Assembly (NCBI GenBank): GCA_038087875.1
Contig: CM075993.1
Span: 8,124,001-8,184,000, forward strand
DNA: 60,000 bases
Reading direction: 5' to 3'
Source: Malacoraja senta
Lineage: Eukaryota
Within the stretch, counting starts at the first letter, position 1. Every line of letters begins with the position of its first letter. The notes beneath the pieces were generated by a model, which saw only the letters and a program-made list of their open reading frames with translations, did not search any database and was not told where the DNA came from. The position numbers and the translations under genes are program-made. Shown in pieces: positions 52,590 to 60,000 of this stretch.

Positions 52590-53230
52590 TCCCCATCCCC
52601 CAAGTACCTTGGAGTTTACCTGGACAGTAAACTGGACTGGTCCAGGAATGCTGAGGCACTGTATAAGAAGGGACAGAGCCATCTGCACTTTCTGAGGAGG
52701 CTCAACTCTTTCAACGTCTGCAGTAAGATGCTGCAGATGTTCTATCAATCGGTGGTGGCCAGTGCCATCTTCTTCGCTGCCATGTGCTGGGGCAGCAGAG
52801 CGAAGGCCATGGATGCCAACAGAATTAACAAGCTCATCGGGAAGGCTGGCTCTGTCCTGAAGGTGGAGTTGGATTCATTGGAGATGGTCTTGGAGGGGAG
52901 GATGCCCCACAAATTGTACAATACAGCTCACCTCCTCCATGACACTATGGTCAACCTGAGGAGCACCTTCAGCAACAGACTTGTTCCACCAAGATGCAGC
53001 ACAGAACGCTACAGGAGATCCCTTTTCCCTGTGGCTATCAAACTGTACAACTCCTCCCCCTTCTGTCCTGGGGTAGACTGACTCATCTTCCCCCCAATCT
53101 TTGCACATCCCCAATCCTGGACTTTCCACTCGTCACTTTAATTTCATGTTTCATGTATCTTGTTGTGATTTATGATTGTTGTCAGACCAATTTACCTTCT
53201 GGGATAAATAAAGTTCTATTGTATCATATC
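52590..53230 (+). mobile_element. Rex1/Babar LINE 3' fragment
   Basis: MLQMFYQSVVASAIFFAAMCWG...TERYRRSLFPVAIKLYN; related copies at 7565-8020 (-) and 56515-56850 (-). Confidence 0.85.
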
Positions 53231-53616
53231 AGGCAAAAGGTACAGAAGTGTGAAAACCCATACCTCCGGATTCAGAGAGTTTCTTCGCAGCTGTTATCAG
53301 GCAAATGAACCATCCTACCAATAACTAGAGAGCAGTCCTGAGCTACTATCTACCTCATTGAAGACCATCGGGCTATCTTTAATCGGACTTTATCTTGCAC
53401 TAGTGTTATTCCTTTTATCATGTATCTGTACACTAAGGGTGGCTTGATTATAATCCTGTATAGTCTTTCCGCTGACTGGTTAGCACACAACAAAGACCTT
53501 TTCACAGTACCTCGGTACGCGTTACAATGAACTAAACTAAACAGTATCAAAGGTTAGGATTGAACCCAGGTTGCTAAAGTTGTGCTACTGGCAACGGTAT
53601 TAATGTTGCTTCAATA

Positions 53617-55085
53617 GACAATAGGTGCAGGAGTAGGCCATTCGGCCCTTCGAGCCAGCACCGCCATTCAATGTGTTCATGGCTAATAATCCCCAATCAG
53701 TACCCCGTTCCTGCCTTCTCCCCATATCCCTTGACTCCGCTATCTTTAAGAGCCCTCTCTAGCTCACTCTTGAAAGTATGCAGAGAACCAGCCTCCACTG
53801 TCCTTTGAGCAGAGAATTCCACAGACTCACAACTCTGTAAAGAATCTATAACGAGGCATCGTTACTTTACTATCTTTATTCATACTGGATATGGGGAGTG
53901 GTTAGTAGGTATGAGGTCACTATGTTAAAGGCACATGCATATCTCATCTACATCTTTCCTCTTCGAAACGACAGGCAAATACATTGGTGACATGGCGACC
54001 ACGGCTCATGCGCTAGGATAGTTAAACAAAATCGCCATAGCGGTCAGGCGGTTTGACAAGACGTCCCGCCCGGGTTCGCGTCTCGCCATCCACCCTTCCT
54101 GCAGGAGGAAGAGGCACCGGCAGGGACAGACGAACCTGAAAGGGGGAAACGGGAGGAGACGGAGGAGACCGCGGCACCGAACCCGGAGGTGATGCGAGAT
54201 CAGGACCGGGAAGAGCGCGGGCAGGCGAGCGAGGACTAGTCGGAGCGGGGTGGAACAGAAGGGGCTGAGGAGGAGCAGAACGTTGCATGTCAGGAAGGAC
54301 GGGCAGAGCAACGCCCTGACGCGAAACAGGCAGTGGGGGAGCAAAGGGATCCGCGGCAGGAGGACGCGGCTCGTTGACGAGCCGAAGGTGCTGGCGGGAC
54401 CGTCGGTAAATGGCTCCAGCGTGGTCGACGAGATAGGACATGGGCGACCCCGCAGAGCCGACGACGGTAGCGAGCTTGGAGTGACCGGGAGCGGTCTGCA
54501 TACGGACAACTTGACCGGGGAAGAGGCGTGGCAGCGGGTGGCAGGACCTGTCATGGGAACGCTTTTGGACGTCGTGGGTTCGGATCCCACTTCTGACACC
54601 ATGTAAAGAATCTATAACGAGGCATCGTTACTTTACTATCTTTATTCATACTGGAGCATTACACATTGCACTAGCTGTACGTGGTCTGTCACAGGAACTA
54701 GAGAGCGATCTGTGGGTGGGGAGGTTGTAGATATACTTGTGATATGGGGAGTGGTTAGTAGGTATGAGGTCACTATGTTAAAGGCACATGCATATCTCAT
54801 CTACAAACTCTGTGTGCAAAAGTGTTTCCTCATCTCCGTTCTGAATGGCTTACCCCTTATTCTTAAACTGTGGCCCCTGGTTCTGGACTCCCCCAACATC
54901 GGGAACATGTTTCCTGCCTCTAACGTGTCCAAACCCATAATAATCTTATACGTTTCAATAAGATTCCCTCTCATCCTTATAAACTCCAGAGTGTACAAGC
55001 CCAGCCGCTCCATTCTCTCAGCATATGACAGTCCCGCCATTCCGGGAATTAACCTTGTAAACCTACGCTGCACTCCCTCAATAGC
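53617..55085 (-). mobile_element. CR1 LINE 3' end, split by the LTR element
   Basis: QRRFTRLIPGMAGLSYAERMERLGL... continues across the AACTC TSD into the CR1 3' UTR. Confidence 0.88.
53836..54805 (-). mobile_element. Miniature, internally deleted Ty3/Gypsy LTR retrotransposon nested in a CR1 LINE
   Basis: TG...CA LTRs at 54602-54805 and 53836-53952; AACTC 5-bp TSD; PBS TGGTGTCAGAAGTGGGAT (tRNA-Leu); PPT aagaggaaaga; integrase C-terminal peptide (PLPRLFPGQVVRMQ...SYLVDHAGAIYRRSRQHLR...TRAGRLVKPPDRYGDFV). Confidence 0.92.
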
Positions 55086-55344
55086 AAAGCTTCACTTTGC
55101 AGTCTATAATTAATACCCAGGGTAAAATATCATCCTTTGGTCCGTCCTAGTATAAATTATGTCCTGAGATCACAAGTGTTAATTAACACAGCCGCATTTC
55201 TGAGATGCATTCAAAAAACATTGGCTGTCATTCCACTTTTACATTACTAGAATCAGAACGGGCTGATTCTCTAATCATCTTATTTCGTTGGTATGAATTA
55301 GCATTAGTTTATCTTTGAGATAAACGTTGCTTAATTTTATCAAA

Positions 55345-55500
55345 GTGAGTGCTCGCTCGGAGACCAATCAGATTTCCTACAGGTCGGAACATTAATGCCA
55401 AACCAGCGATGCCACGGGGGAAGTGTGGGTGAACTGGACAGTTTACACATGTCGCGTGTACAGGGAGAATGGTTCCGGGTGGCTCTAACCCGGGTTTAAT
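55345..55500 (+). promoter_or_regulatory. TRIP4 proximal promoter
   Basis: CpG-enriched unique sequence with GACCAATCAG (CCAAT at ~55364) and GGAAGT/TTCCGG ETS-like motifs directly upstream of exon 1. Confidence 0.55.
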
Positions 55501-55623
55501 GGCCGCCGCTGGGAAGGAAACAGGGGGAGGAAAGATGGTTGGAGACGCGGAGTGCCTTTTGCGTTGGTGTCAGGAGGAGTTGGTTCGGATGTTCGGTCTG
55601 GAAGTGAACGAGGAATTGATTCA
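55499..55623 (+). CDS. TRIP4: TRIP4 / activating signal cointegrator 1, exon 1
   Basis: MAAAGKETGGGKMVGDAECLLRWCQEELVRMFGLEVNEELI(Q), donor gtgagt; resembles human ...LVHWCTQQLRKTFGLDVSEEIIQ. Start codon uncertain. Confidence 0.88.
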
Positions 55624-58600
55624 GTGAGTGAGCTTTGTCGGCCGAGATTCCAGACGATGGCGAGTGAGCCGGGACTTCTGGCTTGGTGGAGATCTTCCTC
55701 CCCCAGCCACCACCCCACATCTTCCTTCCCAAATCAACAGTGAAGAGTTAATGGTGTATTGCTGACCTAGGGGTTTTTAGGGGAGAATAAGAGCATAGAG
55801 GGATTTGACGGGATGCTAGGGTAATATATGCCACGACGCACATGAGTGATGTGGAGCGCAGCAGCAGGTGGTTGGATTACAGTCAGTGGTAGTTACTGCC
55901 TGGTCCATCATGTGTACAGACTGCCCCATCATTGAAGAGATCCATGTGAATGCTACCTCAAAAAGACAGCCAATATCATCAAAGACCCCCTTCAACCCTC
56001 TCATCTCACTCCGACCATCAGGAAGCAATAGGAGCCCGAAAACTGAATAGCTTCTTCTCAGCAACCATTGGGCTCTTAAACAGCACACAACACTAACTTC
56101 AATTATGAACTGTCTTTGGTTGCATTTTGGGTTTTTTATATGCACCTGCACTGTGGTTATTGATATTTTAATTTATGAAATATTATTCATATGTATTGTG
56201 TTTATAGGTCTGTTATGCTGCTGCAAGTAAGAATATAATTTTTCTGTTGTCGGTACATATGACAGTTAACACTCTTGGATGAGATTAAGTTTAGGAAGAG
56301 GGAGGCCAAGCAGCTGAGCTTTGGAATAATTAGGTCACAGGGAATGTAAATGAATGAGGATTTTATCAGTGGATTTGAGGAGGTGGCAGCCAATGTGCTG
56401 TGATGGAAGTAGACGGTTTTCATGATTAAATGGATATACTGCCAGAAGTTACTCTAAAGAAAGCAAATGGTTCGTTCCAGTTTCAGATGCTGGTTATGGT
56501 AGGGAATGTAGTTACGATACGATAGAACTTTATTTATCCCAGGAGGAAATTGATCTGCCAACAGTCATAAAAACACAAAATATATGATTCATGAAATTAA
56601 AGTGACGAGTGGAAAGGATTGGGGATGTGCAAAGATTGTGGGGGGAGGGAGCGGAGTCAGTCTCAGTCTATCCCATGACAGAAGGGGGAGGAGTTGTGCA
56701 GTTTGATAGCCACAGGGAAGAAGGATCTCCTGTGGCGTTCTGTCCTGCATCTTGGTGGAACCAGTCTGTTGCTGACGGTACTCCTCAGGTTGACCAGTGT
56801 GTCATGGAGGGGGTGAGCTGTATTGTCCAGTATGTTCTGCAGTTTGAGGAGAAATTGCTGGAAAAAATATAATTAATCTTGTGCATCCACTATCATAAAT
56901 CTTAACATTAGCAATTAACTTTTAAAGAACAAAATCAAGATTTTCTTTTTCACCCAGAAGCTGGTTGTGAATTGGAATAATGTCCCTCAACTGAATGTTG
57001 AAGGGCACATAGGGAGATGAAATAAAAACAGAAAATTCTGGAAGCACCCAGCAGGTCAGGTAACAATTGTGGAGAGAGGAAGGCAGTCTTTGATATGAAA
57101 CATTAATTATGTTTCTACTGATGCTGCCTGATCTGCTAAATGTTTCTGTTATCTGCAGATCCTTGATTTTCACATGAGTGCATGATATGTGTGATAGGAA
57201 AATAACGAGAGGAGTAATTCACAGTGGTTTCCAAAGCTAAATTAAAATCTAAATCTTTAAAAAATTGCTCTCAGTATAATTAATTAATTAGACGAGAAAG
57301 TAGCAGGATCTTTACAGCAATCCTCTCGTCCTTTGGGGAAGGAAATCTGTAATCCTTCAACTATTTGTGACTCCTGACACTCAACTACTTGGATGAGTTT
57401 TAACTGTCCTCAAATTGCCTAACAAGCCAAGGTTAAATGGAATTGGAGATAGGAAATAAACACTAGCCTTGCCAGTGGCACCCACATCTTTACAGGGAAT
57501 AAGTGACATTGTCAACATTTCTATTGTGTACTTATTGGTGGCTTTTAACCTGCGTTGCATTTACGATGAGATTCCTGATTGATTGAAATTGAAAGATACA
57601 ACATGGAAAGCGGTCGACACCGAGTCCACGCCGACCATCCATCACCCATTCACATTAGTTCCATGTTTTCCCACTTTCTCATCCATTCACCACACACTCG
57701 GGGTAATTTACAGTGCCAATTATCCTATTTTAATTGTCTTTGGTCTTTGGGATCTGGGAAGAAACCGGAGCGCCCAGAGGAAATTCATGCGATCACAGGG
57801 AGAACATGCACATTTCCTGTAACCAGCACCCGAGGTCAGAATGGAACCCGAGTCTTTGGCACAAGTTCACAGGTTGTAGGAATAGAATTAGGCCATTCGG
57901 CCCATCGAGTCCACTCCGCCATTCAATCATGGCTGATCTCTGCCTCCTAATCACATTTTCCTGCCTTCTCCCATAACCCTTGACACCCGTTCTAATCAAG
58001 AATTTGTCTATCTCTGCCTTAAAAATATCCACTGACTTGGCCTCCACAGCTCTATGTGGCAATGATTTCCACAGATTAACTACCCTCTTACTAAAGAAAT
58101 TCCTCCTCACCTCCCTTCTAAAATTCTGAGGCTATGACCTCTGGTCCTAGACTATTTATGCCTTTCATTCTGTAAGTTTTAATGAGGTCCCCCCCCCCCC
58201 CCCCCAATCAACCTTCTAAACTCCAGCGAGTCAAGGCTAAGTGCTGTCAAAAGCTCATCATATGCTAACCCACTCATTCCTGGAATCATTTTTGTAAACC
58301 TCCTCTGGATCCTCTCCAGAGCCAGCATATCCTTCCTCGGATACGGGGCCCAAATTTGCTCACAGTACTTCAAATGTGGCCTGACCAGCACCTTGTAGAG
58401 CCTCAGCATTACATCTCTGTTTTTGTATTCCAGTCCTCTTGATATAAATGCTAGCATTGAATTTGCCTTTCTTACTACCGATTCGACTTGCAAATTAACT
58501 TTTTGGGAGTCCTGCACAAGCACTCCCAAGTCCCTTTGCACCTTCGATTTCTGGATTCTCACCCCATATGGAAAATAAATGGCGCTGTGAGGCATCAACT

Positions 58601-58759
58601 CTGCCAGCTGCGCACTGTACCATCTCTGTGGTGCTACCATTGGGATGAGGAAAGCGATGTGCGTTTACTTCCTTCAACCTCAATAAAAATGTTTAATTTC
58701 ATTTCTTGCCGCCTTCTCTGTGGTTTAAAAAAAAGATCATTTGGTTCTGTAATTAACAG

Positions 58760-58929
58760 GTATATCTTGTCGATCGAGAGTGCAGAGGAAATTGAAGAAT
58801 ATGTTGCTGACTTGGTACAAGGGACTGATGGAAAGAAGCAGCTTTTCATCAATGAGCTGCTTAAAAAGTGGAAGAGATCGCAAGAGTCACCGACTCCTGG
58901 ACAAGGACAGTTATACAGAAAAAAAGATG
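58760..58929 (+). CDS. TRIP4: TRIP4 exon 2
   Basis: YILSIESAEEIEEYVADLVQGTDGKKQLFINELLKKWKRSQESPTPGQGQLYRKKD, 170 nt, cag/gtatgt boundaries; phase matches exon 1. The gene continues beyond the window. Confidence 0.95.
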
Positions 58930-58956
58930 GTATGTCCAAATTGAGTACAGTACGTA

Positions 58957-60000
58957 CCGTCCCCTCAATGTTTGGGACAAAGACCCATCATTTATTTATT
59001 TGCCTCTGTACTCCACAATTTGAGATTTGTAACAGAAAAAAAATCACATGTGGTTAGAGTGCACTTTGTCAGATTTTAATAAAGGCCATTTTTATACATT
59101 TTGGTTTCACCATGTAGAAAGTACAGCAGTGTTTATACATAGACCCCCCCATTTCAGGGCACCATAATGTTTGGGACACAGCAATGTCATGTAAATGAAA
59201 GTAGCCATGTTTAGTATTTTGTTGCATATCTTTTGCATGCAATGACTGCTTGAAGTCTGCGATTCATGGACATCACCAGTTGCTGGGTGTCTACTCTGGT
59301 GATGCTCTGCCAGGCCTGTATTGCAGCCATCTTTAGCTTATGCTTGTTTTGGGAGCTAGTCCCCTTCAGTTTTCTCTTCAGCATATAAAAGGCATGCTCA
59401 ATTGGGTTCAGATTGGGTGATTGACTTGGCCACTCAAGAATTGACCATTTTTTAGCTTTGAAAAACTCCTTTGTTGCTTTAGCAGTATGTTTGGGATCAT
59501 TGTCTTGCTGTAGAATGAACCGCCGGCCAATGAGTTTTGAGGCATTTGTTTAAACTTGAGCAGATAGGATGTGTCTATACACTTCAGAATTCATTATGCT
59601 ACTACCATCGGCAGTTGTATCATCAATGACGATAAGTGAGCCAGTACCTTCAGCAGCTATTCATGCCCAGGCCATAACATTCCCACCACTGTGTTTCACA
59701 GATGAGGTGGTATGCTTTGGATCTTGGTTCCTTCTCATCTCCAGACTTGGCTCTTGCCATCACTCTGATATGTTAATCTTCACCTCATCTGTCCACAAAA
59801 CTTTTTTCTAGAACTGTGGATGCTCTTTTAAGTGCTTCTTGGCAAACTGTAACCTGGCCATCCTATTTTTGCGGAAACCAGTGGTTTGCATCTTGCAGTG
59901 TAGCCTCTGTATTTCTGTTCATGAAGTCTTCTGTGGACAGTGGTCATTGACAAATCCATACCTGACTCCTGAAGAGTGTTTCCGATCTGTCGGACAGGTG
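58957..60000 (-). mobile_element. Tc1-family (DD34E) transposon, 3' part, defective
   Basis: QQDNDPKHTAK...WPSQSPNLNPIE with 34 residues between D and E; stop at ~59211; in-frame stop near 59549; IR/DR-type repeat aatgtttgggaca at ~58967 and ~59166. A TIR fragment also lies at 33620-33760. Confidence 0.9.

Noticed and set aside
55657..55743. MASEPGLLAWW as an alternative TRIP4 N-terminus
   Set aside because: It lies in intron 1 after the true donor, the similarity is short and it ends in a stop

Overview
Repeat-rich eukaryotic DNA from a cartilaginous fish, probably a skate or ray. This is inferred from HE1/V-SINEs, HER1/CR1 LINEs and Penelope pseudo-LTRs. Three spliced genes are recognisable by manual translation. 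SNUPN (snurportin-1) lies on the - strand at ~10.7-35.9 kb; one coding exon is missing and probably sits in the 200-N gap, and the first coding exon has homopolymer indels. PCLAF/PAF15 lies on the - strand at 38.7-45.5 kb, with a 1-nt deletion in the PIP box and a CDE/CHR-CCAAT-E2F promoter. The first two exons of TRIP4/ASC-1 lie on the + strand from 55.5 kb, head-to-head with PCLAF. The rest is mostly transposon debris: CR1, L2, Rex1/Babar, V-SINE, Penelope, Harbinger-like MITEs, hAT and Tc1. Most interesting signals: (1) a 970-bp miniature Gypsy element whose primer-binding site is a 29-nt tRNA-Leu copy with a mismatch exactly at tRNA position 58 (m1A58), fused directly to the integrase tail; (2) about 15 hammerhead-ribozyme core motifs in Penelope pseudo-LTRs, several sense-oriented in introns; (3) an unrecognised SINE-like family with a covarying hairpin; (4) two different MITEs inserted at the same site of a SINE. 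Gene and family identities come from recalled sequences, not database searches.
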